A DNA stretch of 64,000 nt, taken from contig JBDTMN010000002.1 of assembly GCA_039934295.1 (NCBI GenBank), positions 26,725-90,724 on the forward strand, read 5' to 3'. The position numbers were made by a program, and so were the translations under genes. A model generated the notes under the pieces. The model saw nothing but the letters and a program-made list of their open reading frames with translations, was not told where the DNA came from and did no database searches. Below, piece by piece: positions 9,585 to 19,238 of the stretch (its first letter is position 1; each line of letters opens with the position of its first letter). The stretch is from Candidatus Tayloriibacteriota bacterium. Its GTDB lineage: Bacteria > Patescibacteriota > Minisyncoccia > Phycocordibacterales > HO2-43-120.

Positions 9585-9803
9585 TTACTGCTCGGAAGAC
9601 CGGTCATCGAGACCTCGTTCTCTTAGAAGCCTGTCATTAAGTGCCTCAAGACCTGCCTTATCATTAGTCTCTATGTCCGTCTGAATCACCGGACCGAGAG
9701 ACCCGTCTTGGTATCGTTCTCTCCACGTGCGTCGACCATCTTGTGAAGAGAAATTTATACCAATTGAAGTTTTACCTTCAATTTTTTCATTTTCATTTGA
9801 CAT
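9585..9803 (-). CDS. Small hypothetical protein
   Basis: 72-aa ORF directly upstream of the previous one. No motif recognised. Confidence 0.3.
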   Translation of the reverse strand: MSNENEKIEGKTSIGINFSSQDGRRTWRERYQDGSLGPVIQTDIETNDKAGLEALNDRLLRERGLDDRSSEQ

Positions 9804-9868
9804 ATAATTTTTTGAAAGCTACTAATGGGTTAATTATATCAGGTAATTTGCTTCCCCACATCGTGGGA

Positions 9869-10357
9869 CTACGTGGCAGAAAGAAACAATTTCAGAGTCT
9901 TCATAAACCCTCCCGTATATTTTTTTGGATTTACCTTCATATCTTCTGCTATGTCTTTTGGATTCGCCCAAAAGACCCTTTTCACCTCATCCTCCTTGAG
10001 CTTTACGGGAGTTGCCTTGCAAACATACACTCTAAACATATGCAATCTTTTAAAAATTTCCCCCTCACCTTGAGACCCTGCTAAACCAATATCTTGAAGG
10101 TCGACACCAAGAACACCCAGCTCTTCCTCCAATTCCCTCTTTGCCGCCTCAAGATAACTTTCCCCGACATCCACATGCCCGGCAGAAGAGTGATCAAGGT
10201 AGCCATCCTTTGCTCGTTCATTTACCAAAATCTCGCCTCTATCGTTTACAAGGTAAATCGCCGCCACTCTATGGAGCAGTCCTTCTTTATGCGCTTTTTC
10301 TCGATCCACTTCCCCAAGCACGGCATCATTTTCATCTACCCAAATGACATTACTCAT
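9869..10357 (-). CDS. NUDIX hydrolase
   Basis: Nudix box GHVDVGESYLEAAKRELEEELGV. The start is probably the internal Met (MSNVIWVDEND) at about 10357, which avoids overlap with the DoxX gene. Confidence 0.75.
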   Translation of the reverse strand: MSNVIWVDENDAVLGEVDREKAHKEGLLHRVAAIYLVNDRGEILVNERAKDGYLDHSSAGHVDVGESYLEAAKRELEEELGVLGVDLQDIGLAGSQGEGEIFKRLHMFRVYVCKATPVKLKEDEVKRVFWANPKDIAEDMKVNPKKYTGGFMKTLKLFLSAT

Positions 10358-10367
10358 AGCGGAAGAT

Positions 10368-10844
10368 TTATCCAAGCCAGTTTCGTAATTTGGGGAATTT
10401 TTTGCAGATGGGAAGACTGGCGCACCAATTTTCAAGCCCCCAAAAACGTCCGGCGCGAAGGCTAGCGAGAAGTAAAAGAGCAGTTATATAGATAATGTGC
10501 TCATCAACTATAAATGCGTGCTCGTTCGGATAGGGGAAATCGAGAAGGGGAAGATAGTAGAGGAGCATCAAAAGCGCTCCGCACACGGAACTCAAGCGGA
10601 CAAAAACGCCGAGAATAAGCGCGACACCGAGAAGCGTCAATCCCCATTCGTTGACAAAATTAATTACGGGCAAAATCTGCGGACTCGTGAGCCATAGATA
10701 GAATCCGGCAAAAGTTTTCGCGCCCTTCAAATACCCTCCCGCCGAACAACTCGGGTCGACGAGCTTTGTTATCCCCGCGTAGAAAAACATCCAGCCCAAG
10801 GATATTCGGAGTAAAAAAAGAGGAATTTTTATTGATTTGGTCAT
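10368..10844 (-). CDS. DoxX family membrane protein
   Basis: LRISLGWMFFYAGITKL opening and four TM helices, typical of DoxX. Confidence 0.6.
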   Translation of the reverse strand: MTKSIKIPLFLLRISLGWMFFYAGITKLVDPSCSAGGYLKGAKTFAGFYLWLTSPQILPVINFVNEWGLTLLGVALILGVFVRLSSVCGALLMLLYYLPLLDFPYPNEHAFIVDEHIIYITALLLLASLRAGRFWGLENWCASLPICKKFPKLRNWLG

Positions 10845-10876
10845 AAAGATAGCTATTAGTTGATAGTTAATAATTT

Positions 10877-11446
10877 TTAGTAAGTAATTTTTCTAATTTT
10901 TGGGACAAGATATTTTACAGATAGATATGCCACCACGACACCGATTGCGAACCCGCCCAAAATATCGGATGGGTAATGCACGCCGGCCATCACCCGGGCA
11001 ATGGTCATCAATAGTGTAACAAAAAATAGTGAAATACCCCATTTTTTATTGTAAAAATATATTGCCGTTGAGAAGGCAAAAAAGAAAGTAGCGTGAAGCG
11101 AAGGAAATGAATTCGAGGTCTCCAAAAATAGCGGCTCCAACCCGTAGCTAATGAAAGGTCGAGGATGAAAGTAGAATGTATGGATAAGAGTTGCAATGAT
11201 AAAACTGGAAACAAGAGCTGAAAAGAAAGCAACGCAGGCAATGCGTGTTTTCTCCCTCCGAGAATACCCGGAACGAAAAAGCAACACGAGAAATACTATG
11301 GGCAGGATAAAAGGCAAATACACGGCCAAAAAGGTAATTAACAAATCCCCCCACCCCGCTATCCCCGCAAAATTGTGGAGTAGAAAAAAAGCACTTGTGT
11401 CGAGATTCGTAAAAAATTGCATAGGGATATCTAGAGCTCCGTCCAA
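10877..11446 (-). CDS. PAP2-family phosphatase (phosphatidic acid / undecaprenyl-PP phosphatase-like)
   Basis: PAP2 motifs PSLHA and ARVMAGVHYPSDILGG, in a polytopic membrane protein. Confidence 0.75.
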   Translation of the reverse strand: MDGALDIPMQFFTNLDTSAFFLLHNFAGIAGWGDLLITFLAVYLPFILPIVFLVLLFRSGYSRREKTRIACVAFFSALVSSFIIATLIHTFYFHPRPFISYGLEPLFLETSNSFPSLHATFFFAFSTAIYFYNKKWGISLFFVTLLMTIARVMAGVHYPSDILGGFAIGVVVAYLSVKYLVPKIRKITY

Positions 11447-11456
11447 GAGTAAAAAA

Positions 11457-12334
<878 letters not shown>

Positions 12335-12381
12335 TTTGTCGGTCGGTTTTTCAAAAGGGTCTTCGAAGCCTGTTGAGTATG

Positions 12382-12413
12382 AGCCCCGACTTGCGTTGCA
12401 CGGGGCTTTTTTA
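12382..12413 (+). terminator. Rho-independent terminator after glnB
   Basis: agccccg-acttgcgttgca-cggggct hairpin followed by tttttt. Confidence 0.7.
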
Positions 12414-12693
12414 TTGGAAGCGGACAGAATACCTCGCGTCCCTCCTGCGGCGGGGATGTCATGCCTGAGGCAGATCCGTCCTGAGGCGGAAATGGCCGCA
12501 GTTGAATGAGAGCGAGCGCCCGCCCGAACGTAACCCGCCTGTACCGAAACGTTACGTTCGGGCGGGCGTTTCGGTACGGGCGGGGAGCTCGCTCTTCTCC
12601 AACAAAGTTTGCCCCGATGCCTCGCCTAATACCCCGCCGAGGTTTTGCGAGGGGACGGCTTGCCGCGGGGATAGGACGAGGCCAAACTTTATT
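12411..12693 (+). ncRNA. GC-rich structured repeat element, copy 1 (candidate ncRNA family)
   Basis: Starts ttattggaagcggacagaatacctcgcgtccctcctgcg and ends ggccaaactttat. Contains a long central hairpin (gagagcgagcgcccgcccg ... cgggcggggagctcgctcttc). Near-identical to 21496-21711 except for two insertions of about 31 nt. GC far above local background. Confidence 0.5.
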
Positions 12694-12783
12694 TCTTAAA
12701 TTTCCTAAGCACAACACCCTTACAAACTCCAGTTTGTAAGGATGTTGTGCAAGAGTTGCAGAATGCAGAGGCCTTTTCGATAG

Positions 12784-13680
12784 CTATTTCAGATTCCTAT
12801 AATATTCAAAAAGTGCTTTCGCCCCGGCAAGATTCCTCTCCCATTCGACAGTGCCGTGAGTGGAGAGCTCTACCGTAATCGCTGGAATGTTTATGGACGC
12901 GAGCCAACCTTCGGCGTCTCCGGTAATGGAGTACGCATCAAATGATTTAACCGCAGGATAGCCGGACGCTTTGGAGTAGACGTTCATGATGTCGAGAGTC
13001 CTCGGCAAAATACCTGCATTGCACTCCGACGCGTACACGGCATTAGACTGGCTATGCCAAAAAACGACTCCAACCGGTTTATCTTTGAGAACAAAATCGC
13101 GGAGTGCTTTCGCTTCCGGCTCGGAGAAAGCCTGTGTCCCAGCGCTTACCGTTTTTTCTCGCCATGTGCTTGTGGGCTTCCAGTTGCAGTCAAAGTTGCG
13201 ATTGAGATCGATATCGTGCGCGTTAAATCTCCCTAATCCGGGCGTGGTTTGCGGAGTCGTGGTCGGCACATCCGCGAGGACAAAGCGACCAACTTTCCCG
13301 ATTACCTTGAACACTCCGTCGGGATTCGCGGAAGGAATTACCGAAACAGTGAGACTCGCGGGCAGTGCCCCCGGATTCTGCGAGAGATAGTCGATGAATT
13401 GATACGAAAGAAGCACGCTGTTCCATTCATACCCTCCATGGATACCGCCCACAAATACGAGGTGCGTCGCCCCGCTTCCAAACGTGAATGCCTCGATGGA
13501 GCGACCTTCGACTGATGTGCCGATTACCGCGTGTTTTGTCCCAGATTCTTTCGGCTGTAACACGACCACCGGAGTCGAGACTGTTTCCACTTTGCGCAGT
13601 TTAACAAATGCAAACACACCTACGCCAAGCAAGACGAGAACAATACAGACCGCAATGACCCGCTTCGAGAACGTTCCCAT
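12784..13680 (-). CDS. M14-family zinc carboxypeptidase-like protein, secreted/anchored (paralog A)
   Basis: N-terminal TM helix. Motifs GGIHGGYEW, NAHDIDLNRNFDC and VFWHSQSNAVYAS match the M14 metallocarboxypeptidase pattern (HxxE, NRN, HS-Y). Confidence 0.65.
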   Translation of the reverse strand: MGTFSKRVIAVCIVLVLLGVGVFAFVKLRKVETVSTPVVVLQPKESGTKHAVIGTSVEGRSIEAFTFGSGATHLVFVGGIHGGYEWNSVLLSYQFIDYLSQNPGALPASLTVSVIPSANPDGVFKVIGKVGRFVLADVPTTTPQTTPGLGRFNAHDIDLNRNFDCNWKPTSTWREKTVSAGTQAFSEPEAKALRDFVLKDKPVGVVFWHSQSNAVYASECNAGILPRTLDIMNVYSKASGYPAVKSFDAYSITGDAEGWLASINIPAITVELSTHGTVEWERNLAGAKALFEYYRNLK

Positions 13681-14636
13681 TATTTAGAATAACTTTTTAG
13701 CACCGCTAAGATACCCGCTTTGTTATCAATCCATTCTACATCTTCATGGTTCGTGAGAAGCACACTTATTGCTGGAATGTTTTTCTTTGCAAGCCAATTT
13801 ACCATATCGCCGGTAATTTCATAGAAATCAAAATTCTCGTGAGCAGGATAGCCGGAAGCTTTCGAGTACATATCGGTAAGAGCGCTCGTGTCGGACGAAA
13901 CACCGTTGTGACAGCTCGAAGCATATACACCGCCCGCGGCGCTGTACCAAACAACAACCGCATTCGGCTTGTATAATTCCACATAATCTCGGATTGCCTG
14001 GCTCTCCGGCTCGGAGAATGCTTCGCTTCCTCCGCTTACCGTTTTGTTTTGCCATTTTGCGCTCGCCTGCCAGTCGCAGTCGAAGTTGCGATTGAGGTCA
14101 ACGGTATGCGCGTTGAAGCGTCCGGAGACGAGAGTTGTTTGTGAGGTGGACACATCCGCTTTAGCGAAAGGGCTTGTGGTGGTGCCCACAACCTTGCTCA
14201 AACCGTCCGGATTCAAAACCGGAATAACTGTCACTTCCACATTTTGAGGTATGACGTCAGGATTTTCCTTGAGAAAATCCCTAAGCTCATATGCCACGAG
14301 CGCTGTGTTCCATTCGTATCCTCCATGTATACCACCTATAAAGAGAAGCTTCGTGTCGCCCGTGCCGAAGTGGTATGCGAGAATATCGCGACCTTCGACA
14401 GACTTGCCGATGACTGTCATGTCTTTGTTTGCGGGCACTGGTATCGCGACTGTCGGCGATGGAGTCGGAGTAACAGTTGACACATTCTCTTTCTGCATCA
14501 GTTTGGTGTTAGAACTCCATGTTATAAAATAAATTCCGGCACCGAGAAGAATAATAACGACGATTGCGATGATTGTTTTTTTCATATACTTTTTATTAAC
14601 GCGACTTGTAAGTGTCAGATACTCTATATTGTCCAA
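13680..14636 (-). CDS. M14-family zinc carboxypeptidase-like protein (paralog B, tandem)
   Basis: Same motifs (GGIHGGYEWN, NAHTVDLNRNFDCDW, VVWYSAAGGVYASS). Clear paralog of the downstream gene. Stop and start are adjacent. Confidence 0.65.
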   Translation of the reverse strand: MDNIEYLTLTSRVNKKYMKKTIIAIVVIILLGAGIYFITWSSNTKLMQKENVSTVTPTPSPTVAIPVPANKDMTVIGKSVEGRDILAYHFGTGDTKLLFIGGIHGGYEWNTALVAYELRDFLKENPDVIPQNVEVTVIPVLNPDGLSKVVGTTTSPFAKADVSTSQTTLVSGRFNAHTVDLNRNFDCDWQASAKWQNKTVSGGSEAFSEPESQAIRDYVELYKPNAVVVWYSAAGGVYASSCHNGVSSDTSALTDMYSKASGYPAHENFDFYEITGDMVNWLAKKNIPAISVLLTNHEDVEWIDNKAGILAVLKSYSK

Positions 14637-15301
14637 TTATTTTTTGCAATTCCCCGAAGCTTGTATTCACCATTTTGGAGGTCAAAGACCAAATAAAGGG
14701 TGGTCCAGTCCATCCCCCCAAATTTCGGGTCAAACCCCTTGAAATGATAAGCGACAACAGTGCGGTTGCCAGAATCTTGGAGGATTGTGTTTACACTGTT
14801 TGATCCCCCGTCCAATATTTTATTTACTCCAACTTCGGGAGCGCTCGCGTAATCATGGTTGTAAATCCAGATGCTTAAATATTCGGAAATTGTCAAATAA
14901 ATTGGGTCGCCCTTGCCATCGGTGTAGCCAAATAAATATTTTTGCGGGTTGTTCGGTATGTTTGATATCTCGCTTGTTAAAATGTCATTTTTTGTCAAAT
15001 CAAGATTCGGTACTTCATTCCACGATAACCCGTCGGAACTTGTGAGATTTTCAAGTTTTTGATAATCCTTATTTTTGAAAGCTACCAAGACTTCTTTTGC
15101 GCTATCCATTACATTCTTTTGCGCATCTTTTTTCACTTTGACGACGGGGACTGCAATCGGTTCAGAAATTGAAAGAGAGATGGATTCTTGAGCTTTTTGA
15201 TACTGAACACCAATGTAAAAAGTGAGCAAAGGAAATACTCCCAAGAAAAATAGTATCGCAGCCAATTTCGAATACCAAGTAACCTCGTTGAGTTTTATCA
15301 T
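14624..15301 (-). CDS. Hypothetical secreted/anchored protein
   Basis: 225 aa with an N-terminal TM helix and no recognisable motif. Overlaps the next gene by 13 nt. Confidence 0.45.
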   Translation of the reverse strand: MIKLNEVTWYSKLAAILFFLGVFPLLTFYIGVQYQKAQESISLSISEPIAVPVVKVKKDAQKNVMDSAKEVLVAFKNKDYQKLENLTSSDGLSWNEVPNLDLTKNDILTSEISNIPNNPQKYLFGYTDGKGDPIYLTISEYLSIWIYNHDYASAPEVGVNKILDGGSNSVNTILQDSGNRTVVAYHFKGFDPKFGGMDWTTLYLVFDLQNGEYKLRGIAKNNWTI

Positions 15302-15414
15302 TAACCCTATTATAGGTCACAGAGGTAAAATTGCAAATAACTTTCTTTTTGAGAGTCTAAAGCCCGAATTCGAAAAAAAGCTCATTTCGGCAAGGTTTAA
15401 CCTTGACAGAAATT

Positions 15415-15693
15415 TCAATTTTTCTTTGTCTTTATAGTGATACTGACTTTCGTATCTATTAAATCTAATTTCTTTTCTCTACGCCAGCCCTGTATTTCTA
15501 ATTCTCGTCTGCGAGCTTTCTTAAGCGTTAAGAACCGTTCCGAATAAAGCAACTTCACCGGTCTGCGAATTTTCGTGTAATGAGCTCCCCTTTTAGAATA
15601 ATTATGCTGTTTCAAACGCCTTTCCAGATTGTTTGTGCAACCGACATACAAAGACGTATCGGCACATTCCAGTATATATGCAAAATAACTCAT
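15415..15693 (-). CDS. GIY-YIG nuclease family protein (UPF0213-like)
   Basis: YFAYILECADTSLYVGCTNNLERRLKQHN carries the GIY-YIG motifs. 92 aa. Confidence 0.75.
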   Translation of the reverse strand: MSYFAYILECADTSLYVGCTNNLERRLKQHNYSKRGAHYTKIRRPVKLLYSERFLTLKKARRRELEIQGWRREKKLDLIDTKVSITIKTKKN

Positions 15694-15863
15694 AGAAATT
15701 CTAGATCCTTCGTCAAAGATTCTCTTCGAGCCTGAAGCTTAGAGCCGAATGGTCTCGGGGACTTCTTCTCTTTGAGCCGGACAAAGACACTGTCTTTCAA
15801 GACCCTGAGGATCTTTCAGACCCGAACGGGATGAACCTTCGGCCTCGCGGAGGTAAAGAAGTG

Positions 15864-15936
15864 CTGGGGAGCTAGGGGTCGAACCTAGAGTCTTCTGCTC
15901 CAAAGGCAGACGTGTTACCAATTACACCACTCCCCA
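15864..15936 (-). tRNA. tRNA-Gln (anticodon UUG)
   Basis: The reverse complement TGGGGAGTGGTGTAATTGGTAACACGTCTGCCTTTGGAGCAGAAGACTCTAGGTTCGACCCCTAGCTCCCCAG folds as a cloverleaf. Acceptor is 7 bp with a U1-A72 pair, D-stem GTGT/ACAC, anticodon loop CTTTGGA and T-loop TTCGACC. No encoded CCA. Confidence 0.85.
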
Positions 15937-16188
15937 AAGTATTTAATTGTTCGGAAATAGCTCTAATCCATCCTGAAATTCTTCGGAGTAGTGTCGAGCT
16001 TTTTCTGACATTAATCTTTAAACAGCCATAATATAAGGCACCTTTATTACGCCGATGAGTCTTTGTATTATGCCTTTTATAATAGACTTTATCAAATTTT
16101 CTTATAGGTAACCCCGCCAAGTTTCCCCAAAACTTTTACCACCCAATCAACTACCCCGTCACAAGCGAGCGAGGTAAGCTAAGAATCT

Positions 16189-16623
16189 ATTCGCTTATTC
16201 TCACGAATAGGAGAATAGACTCATCCTCACACTTTTACGCTAAAAAGATCCCAGGAGAGAAGAGTGAGAGGGGTGAGAGAAGAAAGCAATAATTAGAGAA
16301 TAGAAAGTATATGTTTTGATGCGAGTTTCTGTGTTTGAGAAAGCGAAAAATACATTTCCAATCCCCTTTGTTCTTTTTGGACAATCTCCGAGTACGATAA
16401 TACAGACAAATGTCGCGACGTAGACTTGAACGACAAGTTGATCCGTTCGGCCAATTCTCCAACCGTTAGTTCTTTATTGTCCCGAAGCAACTTGAGAATT
16501 GCGAGCCTCCTTCGGTTCGCTAATGCTTTTAATGTTTTTTCCAAGTCGTTCCTTTTAATCATTACATTTTGATCTCTTCATTCCTCTTTAATCTATTCTC
16601 CTATTCTCACGAATAAGCGAATT
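16189..16623. repeat. Pair of 31-bp inverted repeats bracketing an ArsR-family gene
   Basis: Left arm attcgcttattctcacgaataggagaatagac at 16189-16220. Right arm tctattctcctattctcacgaataagcgaat at 16593-16623. They are reverse-complementary apart from an internally palindromic core. Confidence 0.6.
16293..16562 (-). CDS. ArsR/SmtB-family HTH transcriptional regulator
   Basis: 89 aa. LANRRRLAILKLLRDNKELTVGELAERINLSFKSTSRHLSVL is a classic ArsR winged helix. Confidence 0.75.
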   Translation of the reverse strand: MIKRNDLEKTLKALANRRRLAILKLLRDNKELTVGELAERINLSFKSTSRHLSVLSYSEIVQKEQRGLEMYFSLSQTQKLASKHILSIL

Positions 16624-16737
16624 ATACCAGACTGTATCAAGAAGTAAAATCTGTATTCCAAAACAAAACCAAATCCGAAACCGAATCCAAAACCGACATC
16701 TGAAATCTGAAATCCATGTTATAAAATCCATCTGTAT

Positions 16738-19014
16738 CTATTCTTCTTTACCGCAAAGCTTGATAAGAGCGAGCTCGAGCGGGAGCTGGGGAAGGTACGA
16801 GAAGCCCACTTTGTCCAGAGCATTGAGAAGCACAATGACCGTTTTGGATGAAATTTTCAAGGTCGGGTTTGCGCTCATTTTTTTGAGAAAATTAAAATCG
16901 TTCTGCCCTGTCTCCTCCTTGATTTCCTCTTCCATCTCCTTGGCGTATTTCAAAAGCAGGATGAGACGGACTTTGAAAAGGACGAGCTTCACATAGGTTT
17001 TCATGTCGATATTTGCCTCAGCGGCATTTCGAACGGCGCTCAAGCCTCGCTCTATATTTTGCTCCTCTATGGCCTCGATACATTCGTTCACAAGCTCCGC
17101 GCGAGGCGCGCCGGTGACCATTTCCACCTCGTCATGAGTGATTTTTTTGTCCTTCGAGAAACTCAACACCTTCTGCAAAATCCCCTGCGTGTCCCGAAAT
17201 GACCCTTCGCCCAAAAGTGCGATGAGCTCGAGCGAAGGCGCCTCGAGCGAATAGCCTTCCTTTTTGGAGATGACGGACACCACGTCCCGTAAAACTTCGA
17301 GCGATGGCTTTTTGAAATTAAAAACCTGACAGCGAGAGATAATGGTCTCGGGCAATTTCTCCATTTCGGTTGTGGCTAGAATAAAAACAACATGCTCCGG
17401 TGGCTCTTCCAAAGTTTTTAAAAGAGCATTATTAGCTTCCTTTGTAAGCATATGGCAGTTAGAAGAACATATTCCATTTGCAATAAAAGTATGCGTATCT
17501 TCGACGGTAAAATCGTATACTCTTGCATTCTCCTCTAATCTTTCAATAGTAAGTATTTTTTCGTATCGAAATTGTAAATACGGATTAAATTCCGGTGCTT
17601 CAGCTACCTTTATAAATTCTTTCACGGTCTCACGCATAAGACCCTGAAATTGATCGAGGTATATACCATGTTGATTCAATATCATATGGCTAAGGCGTAA
17701 TTCTTTTCGTCTCGCAAGAAAAGGGACTTGGAGAGGAATACTATCTTGCTTCTCTGCATGGTCAAATTGATTTTTAAGTACATCTGCTTTTCTTTGAATA
17801 GACAACCCAATAGAATTTTGAAAAATTCTTAGATCATATCCCGTAATGTTCAAGCGATATACTGTCTGATGCTTTATATTTTTTCGCTTGATTTCCATTG
17901 CACCGCTTCCGATGCCGAATTTTTTTAACAGAAGTTGAAGTTTTTTGGAAAAAATAGGAGAGCAAGAGTTAAAACTTAATTTAAAAAGTCTTGTCGATTT
18001 TGTAAATGTTGCATCACCCTCGCAGCAAAAACATGTATCAATATAAGCTCTTATGCTTTCAAGAGGTGCTTGGAAAATCGCATCAGGAATATCGATAGAA
18101 TTACTTTTTTTTCCCGAAGGACAGAGTAATTTGATGAGTTCCTTTTTTAGTTGCGGTGAATACGACCTTAGCAATGTAGTACCCCGTTTCGTCTTCGTAA
18201 TAGTCACTTCCCCACCACAATTCCATGCTTTGCATCCATTTGTAAAAGAGGAAATGAAATATTGGACATCTTTTGAGATCTCAACTTGAATTGTGCAAGA
18301 ATCTTTCGAAATATGACCATCACATTGTATCAGTGCGAGAAAAGCAGCTTGATCTTTTGTCAATAGATTTTTCGCTTTATGAGGCAAACTTGCAGGACTT
18401 ATAAGAAAATCTGAAAAATTTATATCTTCTGCCTTAACAAGAGAAAATGCTCCCTTTCTCATCACCCATAATTTATGCGTTGGAGTACATTTTAATGTTG
18501 ATTGAGGTGTACGAATACTGATTAGTTCTTTGGTTTTGCGTGAAAACCAATTAGAGATTTTTTTAAATACAATCGTTCCCGAATTTAAATCGACTGAGGC
18601 GACTTCATCCCCATTTTTTATTTCAGCGATAGATTTAACTGCTCCGTCTGCAAGCTGGATTAAATGATCAGATGTTAGACATTCGTCCACTATGTATACT
18701 TTGTGCTTTGAATCAAAGGGCAGAGTGCTCACCCCTTCGCGAAGTTCGCGCACGTCGTCAATCCCGCGATTCGACGCGGCATCAATTTCATAGAGGTCGT
18801 TGTCGGAGGTGCCGATTTCTCGCGCAAAAATCCTCGCAATCGAAGTTTTTCCGGTCCCCCGAGAGCCCTCGAAAAGATAGGCATGAGAAATTTTGCCTGC
18901 TTCAATAGAGCCCTTCAACACCTTCACGATATGGTCCTGCCCCAAGACATCTCGGAATGATTGAGGGCGGTATTTGCGATAGAGGGCTAATTTGCCCTTT
19001 TTTTCCTCTCCCAT
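16738..19014 (-). CDS. dnaX: DNA polymerase III subunit gamma/tau, interrupted by an intein
   Basis: Walker A GSRGTGKTS. The box KVYIVDE is followed by about 408 aa starting CLTSDHLIQLADG and ending HTFIANGICSSN, then CHMLTKEANNALLKTLEEPPEHVVF resumes the DnaX sensor region. The exteins sum to about 350 aa, a normal DnaX size. Confidence 0.85.
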   Translation of the reverse strand: MGEEKKGKLALYRKYRPQSFRDVLGQDHIVKVLKGSIEAGKISHAYLFEGSRGTGKTSIARIFAREIGTSDNDLYEIDAASNRGIDDVRELREGVSTLPFDSKHKVYIVDECLTSDHLIQLADGAVKSIAEIKNGDEVASVDLNSGTIVFKKISNWFSRKTKELISIRTPQSTLKCTPTHKLWVMRKGAFSLVKAEDINFSDFLISPASLPHKAKNLLTKDQAAFLALIQCDGHISKDSCTIQVEISKDVQYFISSFTNGCKAWNCGGEVTITKTKRGTTLLRSYSPQLKKELIKLLCPSGKKSNSIDIPDAIFQAPLESIRAYIDTCFCCEGDATFTKSTRLFKLSFNSCSPIFSKKLQLLLKKFGIGSGAMEIKRKNIKHQTVYRLNITGYDLRIFQNSIGLSIQRKADVLKNQFDHAEKQDSIPLQVPFLARRKELRLSHMILNQHGIYLDQFQGLMRETVKEFIKVAEAPEFNPYLQFRYEKILTIERLEENARVYDFTVEDTHTFIANGICSSNCHMLTKEANNALLKTLEEPPEHVVFILATTEMEKLPETIISRCQVFNFKKPSLEVLRDVVSVISKKEGYSLEAPSLELIALLGEGSFRDTQGILQKVLSFSKDKKITHDEVEMVTGAPRAELVNECIEAIEEQNIERGLSAVRNAAEANIDMKTYVKLVLFKVRLILLLKYAKEMEEEIKEETGQNDFNFLKKMSANPTLKISSKTVIVLLNALDKVGFSYLPQLPLELALIKLCGKEE
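17457..18681 (-). mobile_element. Intein in dnaX (about 408 aa) with LAGLIDADG-like homing endonuclease segment
   Basis: Begins with Cys, ends ...SSN with Cys at +1. An internal LALIQCDGHIS block resembles a LAGLIDADG motif. The boundaries come from extein motif continuity. Confidence 0.7.
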
Positions 19015-19051
19015 GTAAAAAGTATAGCAGATTTTGGATGAATAGTTGAAA

Positions 19052-19082
19052 GGCGGATTCGTGAGACGAATCCGCCTTTTTT
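19052..19082. terminator. Palindromic hairpin with T-run between dus and dnaX
   Basis: ggcggattcg-tgaga-cgaatccgcc followed by tttttt on the + strand. Both flanking genes are minus-strand, so it may act bidirectionally or terminate antisense transcription. Confidence 0.5.
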
Positions 19083-19238
19083 GATTGGCTCATTCGGGCT
19101 CGTTTATCCGAACTTACGCCTGATCACCTCCCTTTGCGAATGACCGATTCGAAGTGGTTTGCATAATCAAGTTTGATTTCATTATTTTTTATGGACAATC
19201 ACCTCGAGTCAGTTTGGCCAAGAAACAACAGCCGAACA

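Noticed and set aside
15872-16120. 82-aa minus-strand ORF overlapping tRNA-Gln
   Set aside because: It overlaps a well-folded tRNA gene and has a basic, low-complexity translation. Judged spurious.
19100-19140. gatcacctcc motif resembling the 16S rRNA 3' end (anti-Shine-Dalgarno)
   Set aside because: Only about 10 nt match. There is no upstream 16S helix-45 sequence and no rRNA gene structure around it. Coincidental.
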